From contig CANNEK010000001.1 of NCBI GenBank assembly GCA_947503625.1, positions 550,152 through 614,151 of the forward strand: a stretch of 64,000 bases of DNA. Reading direction: 5' to 3'. This DNA is from an uncultured Kordiimonas sp. (GTDB lineage Bacteria; Pseudomonadota; Alphaproteobacteria; Sphingomonadales; Kordiimonadaceae). The position numbers were made by a program, and so were the translations under genes. The notes under the pieces are model-generated. The model was not told where the DNA came from, made no database searches, and worked only from the letters and a program-made list of their open reading frames with translations. Shown piece after piece: positions 1-8,595 of the stretch (within the stretch, counting starts at the first letter, position 1; each line of letters opens with the position of its first letter).

Positions 1-490
1 CATTTACCATCCGGTATCCGCATTCAAGCAGCTCCCGTGTTACAATTTTTGTGGCTGTCCCGGGCGCCATCACCAACATAACTTCAATGTCAGCCACAGT
101 GATATCTGAAACGTCGAAACCCGCCTTGTTAGGCAGTTTTCGCATGAGCGAAGAAATTTCAATTTCCTTGCCGTGAACGAAGCCATCAAGGCATTCTGCC
201 ATGCGGTCACAATAAAACTGGATGTCTTTGCATATTTCAGGTGTCAGTTCCCGGACATTGAAGAAATAGTCTTCAAACCTGTGGCACATGGCTTTCAGCG
301 CCTTCATCTCGAAGGAGGCAGCCACACTTTTCAGGGAGTGGGCTTCCAGCCGCACCGCTGCCAGGGCGTCTCCTGCCTTGACATAACCGTTCAGAAAATC
401 CTGAACCGCTTCCTGCAGGTTTTTCATACGATCTTCCGCAGAGTCGATCGCTTCCGTTCTCAGCTCTTCCATTATGTCCTGTTGCATCAT
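1..490 (-). CDS. Hpt-domain protein followed by a degenerate receiver-like domain (partial, runs off the window; not in ORF track)
   Basis: Manual translation from ATG at 490: MMQQDIMEELRTEAIDSAEDRMKNLQEAVQDFLNG...AVRLEAHSLKSVAASFEMKALKAMCHRFED... The AHSLKS helical motif fits the Hpt phospho-His; it is followed by IEVMLVMAPGTATKIVTRELLECGYRMVN, a beta1-alpha1-beta2 receiver-like pattern. Confidence 0.75.
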   Translation of the reverse strand, partial: MMQQDIMEELRTEAIDSAEDRMKNLQEAVQDFLNGYVKAGDALAAVRLEAHSLKSVAASFEMKALKAMCHRFEDYFFNVRELTPEICKDIQFYCDRMAECLDGFVHGKEIEISSLMRKLPNKAGFDVSDITVADIEVMLVMAPGTATKIVTRELLECGYRMVN

Positions 491-620
491 GGTCGTAAAA
501 TTTCCTGAAACTGTTACCCGTATTGACAATCTGTCATGCCACACAAATGGTTACTCGTTTGTTAGCAACCGCGAATTCTCATAAAAAAAACCGTTTTGCG
601 AGAAAAAGCGCAGACTCCGC

Positions 621-648
621 TTGACTTCACTGCATCCATGGGTATTTT
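621..648 (+). promoter_or_regulatory. Putative sigma70 promoter of rpmG
   Basis: TTGACT-N16-TATTTT, about 60 nt upstream of the ATG at 708. Confidence 0.45.
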
Positions 649-707
649 GCGCCCTCAACGTGACCACATTGTGTGGTCAGGATAACTGTTTTCTTGGAGT
701 GAATAAG

Positions 708-875
708 ATGGCAAAGCCGTCCAGCATCAAGATCAAGCTGGTGAGCACAGCGGATACCGGCTACTACTACGTGACCAAAAAGAATCCGCGGACTTTGACT
801 GAGAAAATGGTCAAGCGCAAGTATGACCCGGTTGTCCGCAAGCACGTAGAGTTCAAGGAAGCCAAGATTAAATAA
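708..875 (+). CDS. rpmG: 50S ribosomal protein L33
   Basis: [28 protein letters not shown]...[18 protein letters not shown], 55 aa; GGAG upstream; true start 708, not 621. Confidence 0.97.
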   Translation: MAKPSSIKIKLVSTADTGYYYVTKKNPRTLTEKMVKRKYDPVVRKHVEFKEAKIK

Positions 876-896
876 TCTGGTTTGCTGATTGATCGC

Positions 897-933
897 AAAA
901 AACGCCGCGCCATATTGGCAGCGGCGTTTTTTT
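897..933. terminator. Bidirectional intrinsic terminator between convergent rpmG and pleD
   Basis: AAAAAACGCCGC-GCCA-TAT-TGGC-A-GCGGCGTTTTTTT. Confidence 0.85.
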
Positions 934-961
934 ATGTTGTCACATCAATGGTTAAGAACCG

Positions 962-2332
962 TCAAGCTGCAACAATCACCTTGTTTCGACCGCTTGCTTT
1001 AGCTTCATAAAGAGCCTTGTCGGCTTCCTCAAGCAGTTGAGAAGGCGTTTGTCCATCTTGACTGGTCGCAACCCCAATCGAAACAGTGATGGTGATCGGA
1101 CCTTCAGGCAGGTCAAAATCGAACGGGTTTTCCGCTACTTCCTCGCGCAAACGATTTCCGATCATAAATGCCCAGTCGGTAGGAGTTTCCGGCATCATCA
1201 CGACAAATTCCTCACCGCCGTATCGGGCGGCCAGGTCAACACCGCGAATATTGCGACCAATTCGGGTAGCGAACTCTTTAAGAACCTTGTCGCCAACCGC
1301 GTGGCCATATGTATCGTTCACCAGTTTGAAGTGATCAATATCCATCATCATTATCGAAAGGTCTTTGCCCTGATTTTGGGCAGCAGCCATGCGAGTATCC
1401 ATATGGCTGGTCAGATAGTGCCGGTTATAAAGGCCCGTTACAGCGTCAGTCGTCGCAAGTTGCATGGAAAGATGGAAGTTTTCCCAGAGTTTGTCCGCGA
1501 AACGTTTCCGCTTGAGCTGGGTTTTAACCCGCGCAAGAAACTCCTGCTTGTCAACCGGCCTCACAACATAGTCGTTAACACCCATTTCAAGGGCGCGGAC
1601 CAACAACTTGGTGTTACCATCGTCGACCATCACCAGAATCGGCACGTGTCGCGTCTCTTCAAACGACCGCAACTTCGAACACACACGTAGACCATCAGTA
1701 TCGCGCATCGTGAGCGACACTATAATCAGGTCATAGTTCTTCTCTCGTGCGCGTTCCGCTGCATCTTCGCCCCCTGCCATGAAGGAAAGCTCGCCAACAC
1801 CCTCAAGGGCTTTTGCAATCCGCTCCACAACCCGTTCTTGTTCGTCAACAATCAGAATAGCACCGTCCGTTGGGGCACTCGTGTCAAAAACAACAGATTC
1901 TTCTTCTTCCCAGCCAAGGGATGTACCTGTGGTCTTCCTGTTGCGAAGTTCATCCATCATGACCTTCAGGCGCACCAGCGAACGAACGCGCGCAAACAAC
2001 GCAAGGTCTTGTACAGGTTTTGTCAGAAAGTCATCAGCCCCGGCCTCAAGCCCGGTTACCCGGTCAGAGGGTTGATCAAGAGCTGTCACCATTACAACGG
2101 GAATATGAGCGGTAGCCGGGTCTGCCTTGATACGCCTGCAGACCTCAAAACCGTCCATCCCCGGCATCATAACGTCAAGCAGGATAATATCGGGGTGTTC
2201 CCGGGCGATCACTTCCAACGCTTCAGGTCCGCTGTGCGCGGTCAAAACGTCGAAATACTCGCTGGTTAACTTGGCCTCTAGCAGTTTGACGTTTGGAGGA
2301 ACATCATCCACGACCAATACGCGCGCGGTCAT
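962..2332 (-). CDS. pleD: PleD-family response regulator / diguanylate cyclase (REC-REC'-GGDEF)
   Basis: ILLDVMMP phosphoacceptor, degenerate second receiver, RGVD I-site and GGEEF active site; directly downstream of divK. Confidence 0.95.
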   Translation of the reverse strand: MTARVLVVDDVPPNVKLLEAKLTSEYFDVLTAHSGPEALEVIAREHPDIILLDVMMPGMDGFEVCRRIKADPATAHIPVVMVTALDQPSDRVTGLEAGADDFLTKPVQDLALFARVRSLVRLKVMMDELRNRKTTGTSLGWEEEESVVFDTSAPTDGAILIVDEQERVVERIAKALEGVGELSFMAGGEDAAERAREKNYDLIIVSLTMRDTDGLRVCSKLRSFEETRHVPILVMVDDGNTKLLVRALEMGVNDYVVRPVDKQEFLARVKTQLKRKRFADKLWENFHLSMQLATTDAVTGLYNRHYLTSHMDTRMAAAQNQGKDLSIMMMDIDHFKLVNDTYGHAVGDKVLKEFATRIGRNIRGVDLAARYGGEEFVVMMPETPTDWAFMIGNRLREEVAENPFDFDLPEGPITITVSIGVATSQDGQTPSQLLEEADKALYEAKASGRNKVIVAA

Positions 2333-2338
2333 CGGAAC

Positions 2339-2704
2339 TTATCCTGCAAATTGTTTCACAGTGTCCAGAAAGTGCCGGACAGAAATAGGCTTGGCGATAT
2401 AGGCTTCACACCCGCCTTCGCGAATTTTTTCCTCATCGCCTTTCATGGCAAAGGCCGTTACGGCGATGACGGGAATTTTCTGCAGGTCTTCGTCTTCTTT
2501 CAGCCATTTTGTGACCTCCAGACCGGAAACCTCCGGCAACTGGATATCCATCAAAATCAGATCCGGCTCATGAACACGCGCCAAATCAAGCGCAGCCATA
2601 CCGTCCCGGGTTTGGATGGTTTCGTAATTGTGTGCTTCCAATAGATCGCAAAACAATTTCATGTTCAGCTCATTGTCTTCGACAATCAGGATCTTTTTGC
2701 TCAT
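2339..2704 (-). CDS. divK: Single-domain cell-cycle response regulator DivK
   Basis: [16 protein letters not shown]...[20 protein letters not shown]...[28 protein letters not shown]. Confidence 0.95.
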   Translation of the reverse strand: MSKKILIVEDNELNMKLFCDLLEAHNYETIQTRDGMAALDLARVHEPDLILMDIQLPEVSGLEVTKWLKEDEDLQKIPVIAVTAFAMKGDEEKIREGGCEAYIAKPISVRHFLDTVKQFAG

Positions 2705-2922
2705 GTAGCCCCACAGATTCTAGTCACAAGGACACGTCCTTCACCCACCCCGCTGCAGATAATACTCGTGCTTTGGCCGAAAAAACAAGCTTCGTCAAAG
2801 AGTAAATCAAAATTTCCCTAACAAACAGTTGAGAGATTTCCGATTAGCATCAATGATAACGTAACAAGACAATACAACGTTTTGTACATAGCCGACAGAA
2901 ACCACTGAAAAACAGGCAAAAA

Positions 2923-3198
2923 ATGACAACAGAAGCCCATGAAATCATTGCCCTTAATGCCGTTGCCCATATTCTGGCACACGATGATTTGCGGGATCGT
3001 TTCATGGCACTTACGGGTCTTGATGCAGATAATCTTCGTTCGGGCATTGATAATCATGAAACACTGGCAAGTGCGCTTGATTTTTTGATATCCTTTGAAC
3101 CGGACCTGATTGATGCGGCGGCGGCGCAGGGTTTACCCCCCGAAGAGTTGGTAAAGGCCTGGCGCGCGCTTGGGGGCGGCAAAGGCCAGGAATGGTGA
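2923..3198 (+). CDS. DUF3572-family protein
   Basis: RFMALTGLDADNLR...LASALDFLISFEPDL pattern; usual position divergent from divK in alphaproteobacteria. Confidence 0.8.
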   Translation: MTTEAHEIIALNAVAHILAHDDLRDRFMALTGLDADNLRSGIDNHETLASALDFLISFEPDLIDAAAAQGLPPEELVKAWRALGGGKGQEW

Positions 3199-3208
3199 GA
3201 ATGCAGGA

Positions 3209-3850
3209 ATGACAAACATTGAAACAGTTGCCGCAAGCCTGACGGCTGACAAGCCAGTCCTGATTCTGGATGCGGATGAAGTATTACTAAGGTTCGTAGA
3301 GCATCTTGAACATTTTTTCTCGGACGAGGGATTCGAACTTAGGTTAACCAGCTTTCAATTGAACGGTAACATCTATCACAAGGATACCGATCGGATCGCG
3401 AAAGGCTCTGTTGTGAAAGACCTGATTGGTGCCTTCTTTGACCAACGGGTTGACAGCGTTCCTGCCGTTGAGGGCGCAGCGAATGCCCTACAGTCTCTCA
3501 GGGAACAATATCAGATCACGATCCTGACAAATGTACCACACCACTGCCGGAGCCGTCGTGAGCGTGCTCTGCATGACATGGGCTTTGATTATCCTGTGAT
3601 ATCCAATGCCGGCGAAAAAGGGCCTTCTGTTTCCCTGCTCCAGTCCAGCGCGGGCAAACCAGCCGTGTTTGTTGACGACCTGCCGCCTCAGCTGGCATCA
3701 GTAGCAAGCCATGCGCCGCACGTACACCGTGTCCACTTCGTTGCAGACCCCCGCCTCGCCAGAATGATCGACAAAGCCCCTGATGCCCATGTGCGCATTG
3801 ACGACTGGCTCAAACTTGGCCAGCACCTTCACGAGCGGGTAATGATGTAG
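3209..3850 (+). CDS. HAD-superfamily hypothetical protein
   Basis: LILDADEVL (DxD motif I), ILTN (motif II), GEKG and FVDD (motifs III/IV); start 3209 avoids overlap with the upstream gene. Confidence 0.7.
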   Translation: MTNIETVAASLTADKPVLILDADEVLLRFVEHLEHFFSDEGFELRLTSFQLNGNIYHKDTDRIAKGSVVKDLIGAFFDQRVDSVPAVEGAANALQSLREQYQITILTNVPHHCRSRRERALHDMGFDYPVISNAGEKGPSVSLLQSSAGKPAVFVDDLPPQLASVASHAPHVHRVHFVADPRLARMIDKAPDAHVRIDDWLKLGQHLHERVMM

Positions 3851-3860
3851 CCTGCATGGT

Positions 3861-5216
3861 ATGTCCAATTCACCCACACAACCGTCTCAGCAAGATATTG
3901 AACCAGCCCAGCATCAAGCCTTGTGCAGGTCCTGTAACGAACAGTTTTCCCTGGTTGCGACCCTCAAACACGCTACCTGTCCAAACTGTGGACGAAACCG
4001 GATCACCCGACATCCGGAACTACTGGAATTACATGTAGCTCACATTGATTGCGACGCGTTTTATGCAGCGGTCGAAAAAAGAGACAATCCCGATCTGATT
4101 AGTAAACCTGTCATTATTGGCGGTGAACACAGGGGTGTTGTTTCAACAGCATGCTACATCGCGCGCATGAATGGAGTGAGGTCGGCAATGCCGATGTTCA
4201 AAGCCAAGAAACTCTGCCCGGATGCTGTCATAATTCGCCCCAGAATGAAGGTGTATCAACAGGTCGGACAACAGATACGCGCTAAGTTCAGAGACCTTAC
4301 CCCCCTAGTCCAGCCTCTGTCTATTGACGAAGCCTTTCTTGACCTCGAAGGGACGCAGCGGCTGCATGGCAAAGCACCTGCAGTACTGCTGGCGCAACTG
4401 GCATCTGAAATCGAAGACGAAATCGGTATCACTGTGTCCATAGGGCTGGCGCCAAATAAATTTCTGGCAAAACTGGCGTCGGATATGAACAAACCGCGTG
4501 GTTTCACCGTCATTGGAGAGGCAGACAAAACCTCAATATTGGCCGAGTTACCCATCACCCGAATATACGGCATTGGCGCAAAAACAGCTCAGCGCCTGAA
4601 GAAAGATGGTCTCACCAGCATTGCACAGCTCCAGACAATGGAAGAAGCGACATTGATGCGCCGGTACGGGGAGATTGGCCAAAGGCTTTATCGCCTGTCA
4701 CGTGGCATTGATACACGCAGTGTACACGTGTCAACCGGTGCAAAAAGCGTTTCAAGCGAACGCACACTTAACAAGGACCTGGCCGACTACGCGGCCCTTG
4801 AAGACAAACTCTGGAGCATATCGGAGACCGTTGCCACAGACCTGAAACGCAAATCCCTTGCAGGCCTGACGATCACAGTGAAACTCAAAACAAGCATGCA
4901 TCGGATTGTCACTCGCTCTCGCACTCTTGATGCACCCACCCAGCTTGCCGATACACTTTTTGAAGTCGGTTGTGACCTTCTCAGGCCACTAACAGACGGT
5001 ACTCCGTACCGTTTGATCGGGATTGGCGTAAGCCAATTCAGGCCCGTCTCCGAAGCCGATCAGCCTGATCTGATAGAACCCGTGCGCACCAAACGCGCCA
5101 ACGTGGAAAGGGCCATGGACGCCTTGAAAGGCCGGTTTGGCGGGAAAACGATTTCCAAAGGCCGGTCGATCAAAAAAACACTCAAAAACCCCAGACAAAG
5201 GGAAAAAGATGCCTAG
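3861..5216 (+). CDS. dinB: DNA polymerase IV (Y family) with N-terminal Zn ribbon
   Basis: HIDCDAFYAAVEKRD, STACYIAR, SIDEAFLD, NKFLAKLASD; N-terminal CRSC...CPNC. Confidence 0.95.
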   Translation: MSNSPTQPSQQDIEPAQHQALCRSCNEQFSLVATLKHATCPNCGRNRITRHPELLELHVAHIDCDAFYAAVEKRDNPDLISKPVIIGGEHRGVVSTACYIARMNGVRSAMPMFKAKKLCPDAVIIRPRMKVYQQVGQQIRAKFRDLTPLVQPLSIDEAFLDLEGTQRLHGKAPAVLLAQLASEIEDEIGITVSIGLAPNKFLAKLASDMNKPRGFTVIGEADKTSILAELPITRIYGIGAKTAQRLKKDGLTSIAQLQTMEEATLMRRYGEIGQRLYRLSRGIDTRSVHVSTGAKSVSSERTLNKDLADYAALEDKLWSISETVATDLKRKSLAGLTITVKLKTSMHRIVTRSRTLDAPTQLADTLFEVGCDLLRPLTDGTPYRLIGIGVSQFRPVSEADQPDLIEPVRTKRANVERAMDALKGRFGGKTISKGRSIKKTLKNPRQREKDA

Positions 5217-5228
5217 CTGTTTTTGCTT

Positions 5229-5247
5229 ATAGGCAGGGATTGCCGGG
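5229..5247. promoter_or_regulatory. Candidate enhancer (bEBP-binding dyad, ftr-like)
   Basis: ATAGGCA-GGGAT-TGCCGGG, a GGCA-N5-TGCC dyad about 50 bp upstream of the sigma54 box; resemblance to FlbD ftr elements is from memory. Confidence 0.4.
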
Positions 5248-5287
5248 AAAATTCGCGGAAAAACAGAATTATACAGGCAATACCAAA

Positions 5288-5303
5288 TGGCACATTCGTT
5301 GCT
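5288..5303 (+). promoter_or_regulatory. Sigma54 (-24/-12) promoter of the GGDEF gene
   Basis: TGGCAC-ATTCG-TTGCT, exact match to TGGCAC-N5-TTGCW, 31 nt upstream of ATG 5335. Confidence 0.8.
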
Positions 5304-5334
5304 TCTACTCCGCTACACGTAACCGGAGACTGAC

Positions 5335-6039
5335 ATGATTGAACAGGCAGCCAGCGTTAAAAATAACCGTGCAGACATAAACCCTTATGTCAGCACTCTT
5401 GCAAGCAAGTTGATGCGAACTGCGGCGGACGCAGAGTTGAAATTCGACAGTACGGGCTGGGAGCTTATCACCGAGGTGCTAAGCTATGCTGCCGCGGCTG
5501 AACAGCGCATGTCCGAACAGGATGACCGGATTTCCTTCCTTGAGCAACTGTCTGTAACAGACGAATTGACCGGCATACCAAACAGGCGAGGGCTACGGAT
5601 ATCCCTTGGTCAAATTCTCGCTGCATCGGCGCGTCATCGTGAGACAGGCACTCTCGGGTTCATCGATCTTGATTCCTTTAAAGAAATCAATGATATACAC
5701 GGACACATGGCTGGAGACGCGGTGCTGCGTTTTGTTGCCAAAAAGCTAAAGGCGCTGGTTCGCCCTACTGATACGGTTGCCCGCATCGCCGGAGACGAAT
5801 TTGCTGTCGTTCTCACCCGGTGTGATTTTGATCAGGGCAAGAAACGCATCAAACGACTGCAACAGGATATTAACGGCAGTATCGTTACTCATGCCGGTGT
5901 AGAAATTGAGGTATCCTGCTCGGTGGGGTGCACGGCTTTTGATGGCAAAAGTGACCCCAGTGATATGTTTGATGACGCAGACAAATCGATGTATCGCAAC
6001 AAACAACAACGCCACACCGCGTTGGTGAAAACCGCATAA
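5335..6039 (+). CDS. Soluble GGDEF-domain protein (AGDEF variant) with N-terminal coiled coil
   Basis: TDELTGIPNRR, FIDLDSFKEINDIHGHMAGD, RPTD I-site, RIAGDEF, ADKSMYRNK. Confidence 0.9.
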   Translation: MIEQAASVKNNRADINPYVSTLASKLMRTAADAELKFDSTGWELITEVLSYAAAAEQRMSEQDDRISFLEQLSVTDELTGIPNRRGLRISLGQILAASARHRETGTLGFIDLDSFKEINDIHGHMAGDAVLRFVAKKLKALVRPTDTVARIAGDEFAVVLTRCDFDQGKKRIKRLQQDINGSIVTHAGVEIEVSCSVGCTAFDGKSDPSDMFDDADKSMYRNKQQRHTALVKTA

Positions 6040-6065
6040 CTACCCGAAAACGTGTAACTGTTGAG

Positions 6066-6091
6066 AAAAAGAGGCTTAAAGCCTCTTTTTT
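6066..6091 (+). terminator. Intrinsic terminator after the GGDEF gene
   Basis: AAAAAGAGGC-TTAAA-GCCTCTTTTTT. Confidence 0.8.
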
Positions 6092-6160
6092 ATTGCCCAA
6101 GATGGCATTTTGGCGTTTGATCGACCTAGGTGGACGTCAGCAAAGCAACAAGGGGCCTAC

Positions 6161-6622
6161 ATGCAAATCGAGAAACGCCTTGCCGAACTTGGCATCACAC
6201 TGCCGGAGCCAGCCGCCCCGGTTGCGAACTATGTTCCATTTGTACAGTATGCTGATCTCGTAAGTATATCCGGGCAAATTCCGATCGAAAACGGCAAACC
6301 GGCATTCCTTGGCATTGTCGGGGCGGACGTCAGCCTAGAGGATGCGTGCAGCGCTGCACGCCTTTGTGCAATCAATCTGATTGCGCAGATGAAAGCCGTC
6401 TGTGACGGCAATCTGGATCGTGTTCAGCGCGTGGTGAAGCTGGGCGGTTTTGTGAATGGAATAAATGGCTTCGCACAACAACCACAGGTCATCAATGCCG
6501 CAAGCGATTTGATGGTAGATGTTTTCGGCGATAAAGGCCGCCATAGCCGGTCAGCGGTCGGCGTTAACGGGCTGCCCCTCAATGTGCCTGTTGAGATAGA
6601 TGCACTCGTCGAGATCGCATAA
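6161..6622 (+). CDS. RidA/YjgF/UK114-family protein
   Basis: LPEPAAPVANYVP, SGQIP, VVKLGGFVN, GRHSRSAVGV..LPLNVPVEID; likely ATG at 6161 after AGGGG. Confidence 0.9.
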   Translation: MQIEKRLAELGITLPEPAAPVANYVPFVQYADLVSISGQIPIENGKPAFLGIVGADVSLEDACSAARLCAINLIAQMKAVCDGNLDRVQRVVKLGGFVNGINGFAQQPQVINAASDLMVDVFGDKGRHSRSAVGVNGLPLNVPVEIDALVEIA

Positions 6623-6625
6623 GCT

Positions 6626-7387
6626 ATGGGCCAAATAGACAAAGATACGGGAAATCGGGATTTTCCGTGGCTAGCGGAACATAATATTGCTCATCGCGGC
6701 CTGTTCAAACCGGGAACCCGTGAGGAAGAAAATACGCTTCCGGCTATCGAAGCCGCGATTAAGGCAGGATTTGCGGTGGAGGTCGATGTTCGGGCCACTG
6801 TGGACGGCATTATCGTAGTTTTTCATGACGATACGCTTGATCGAATGACTGACGGTAAGGGTTCGGTACGTGCACTCGGCTTCGCACAGCTGTCAAACTA
6901 TAAAGTTGGCAACTCAGGCGCACCTGCGCCCAGTCTTCCGGACGTGCTGGAGGCAGTAGATGAACGACGCCCGATATTTGTTGAAATCAAGTCTTCCAAA
7001 GATACAGACATTCAGATTGTTTGTGCTGGTGTGCGCCATTGCTTTGAAGGGTATGGCGGTCCAATTGCTGTAATGAGTTTCGACCCAAGAGTTGTTGGCT
7101 GGTTCAAGAAATATATGCCTCGATATGCCAGAGGCATGATTGTCGGCCGCGAATTTCTGCTCAGCTGGCGCAACCGGGCCTCTCTGGGTTTCTGGTTGAG
7201 ACGCACAAAACCCGACTTCGTTGCATGCGATATTAACCTCCTGCCTAACTCCTTCAGTATGCGGTGGCGAAAATCCGGTAAACCGTTACTGACCTGGACC
7301 GTAAAAGATAAGACAATGGAGAGTATCGCGCGTGAACATGCCGATGCCCTGATTTTCGAGCGTCCGGCCGTTATCGGCACGGACTAG
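6626..7387 (+). CDS. Glycerophosphodiester phosphodiesterase family protein
   Basis: IAHRGL, ENTLPA, VEVDVR, VFHDDTLDR, FVEIK, MSFD, TWTV. Confidence 0.9.
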   Translation: MGQIDKDTGNRDFPWLAEHNIAHRGLFKPGTREEENTLPAIEAAIKAGFAVEVDVRATVDGIIVVFHDDTLDRMTDGKGSVRALGFAQLSNYKVGNSGAPAPSLPDVLEAVDERRPIFVEIKSSKDTDIQIVCAGVRHCFEGYGGPIAVMSFDPRVVGWFKKYMPRYARGMIVGREFLLSWRNRASLGFWLRRTKPDFVACDINLLPNSFSMRWRKSGKPLLTWTVKDKTMESIAREHADALIFERPAVIGTD

Positions 7388-7389
7388 GT

Positions 7390-8595
7390 TTGCCATCTGT
7401 TGCAACGGAGCCGTGCGTGCCAAACGAGCCGCTAACCATCAGTTTTATTCAATCCCTGGACACTATCGACGCAGAAGACTGGAATGCTTGCGCCGGATTG
7501 GATAATCCTTTTGTTTCGCATGCGTTCCTGGCCTCGCTGGAACGCTCTGGCAGTGTTGGAGATGACACAGGTTGGTTGCCGTATCATATGGTCATCCGAT
7601 CAGGTGACCAAGACAAAGAACCGACACCGATCAGGGCATGTATGCCGCTGTATGTAAAAAGCCACTCCTACGGTGAATATGTTTTTGACCATGGCTGGGC
7701 AGACGCCTTCGAGCGCGCAGGTGGAAGCTACTATCCCAAACTACAAGCCAGCATACCCTTCACACCGGCGACAGGGCCTCGTCTATTGGTCCATGACGGC
7801 ACACTGCCGGAACAACGCCCGCTGCTACAGGCTGCTTTACTTGATGGATTGCGCCAGATTACCGACAAACTTGGCAGCTCGTCGGCTCATGTAACCTTTC
7901 TGGAAAATGAGGAAGCCGTGCTTGCCGAAAGTCAGGGTTTTCTGCTGCGCCACGATCAGCAATTTCATTGGCAAAATGCAGATTTCGAGACCTTCGATGA
8001 TTTCCTTGACGCCCTTTCTTCGCGGAAACGCAAACAAATTCGAAAAGAGCGCCGCACCGTTGCTGATAGCGACATTGAAATTGAATTAATCTCGGGTGAC
8101 AGCATCAAACACCACCATTGGGATAGTTTCTATCAGTTTTATGTCGACACCGGCGCCCGGAAATGGGGGCAGCCATATCTAACCAGAGCGTTCTTTGACG
8201 AAATAGGTCAAACCATGAGTGAGAGAATTGTATTGATTATGTGCAGCCGCGAAGGCCGCGCGATAGCTGGCGCACTGAACTTTGTTGGAAAAAACACGCT
8301 GTATGGCCGTCAATGGGGCTGCATCGAAGATCACCCCTGTTTGCATTTCGAGGCGTGTTACTATCAAGCCATCGAATATGCCATCGCTAATGGTCTGAAA
8401 ACGTTGGAGGCCGGGGCACAAGGCCCTCATAAACTGGCACGCGGCTATGTTCCCGTTCAAACAACCAGTGCACACTATATCGCCAACCCCTCATTCAGGG
8501 ATGCCGTTGACCACTATTTGACACAGGAACGTTCTGGCGTTTCAGCCGAGATCGAATACCTGACAAAACGAACACCTTTTAAGAAATCCGGCTAG
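7390..8595 (+). CDS. DUF482 / FemAB-like GNAT-fold protein
   Basis: NPFVSHAFL, KSHSYGEYVFDHGWA, PFTPATGPR, LYGRQWG, LHFEACYYQAI, EAGAQGPHKLARGY. Confidence 0.9.
   Translation: MPSVATEPCVPNEPLTISFIQSLDTIDAEDWNACAGLDNPFVSHAFLASLERSGSVGDDTGWLPYHMVIRSGDQDKEPTPIRACMPLYVKSHSYGEYVFDHGWADAFERAGGSYYPKLQASIPFTPATGPRLLVHDGTLPEQRPLLQAALLDGLRQITDKLGSSSAHVTFLENEEAVLAESQGFLLRHDQQFHWQNADFETFDDFLDALSSRKRKQIRKERRTVADSDIEIELISGDSIKHHHWDSFYQFYVDTGARKWGQPYLTRAFFDEIGQTMSERIVLIMCSREGRAIAGALNFVGKNTLYGRQWGCIEDHPCLHFEACYYQAIEYAIANGLKTLEAGAQGPHKLARGYVPVQTTSAHYIANPSFRDAVDHYLTQERSGVSAEIEYLTKRTPFKKSG

Noticed and set aside
515-545. TGGCAT-GACAG-ATTG upstream of the Hpt gene as a sigma54 box
   Set aside because: Spacing is off by one and the -12 GC is missing
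3903-3990. Zn-ribbon extension on DinB as a novel fusion
   Set aside because: This CxxC...CxxC leader is, to my knowledge, usual in alphaproteobacterial DinB
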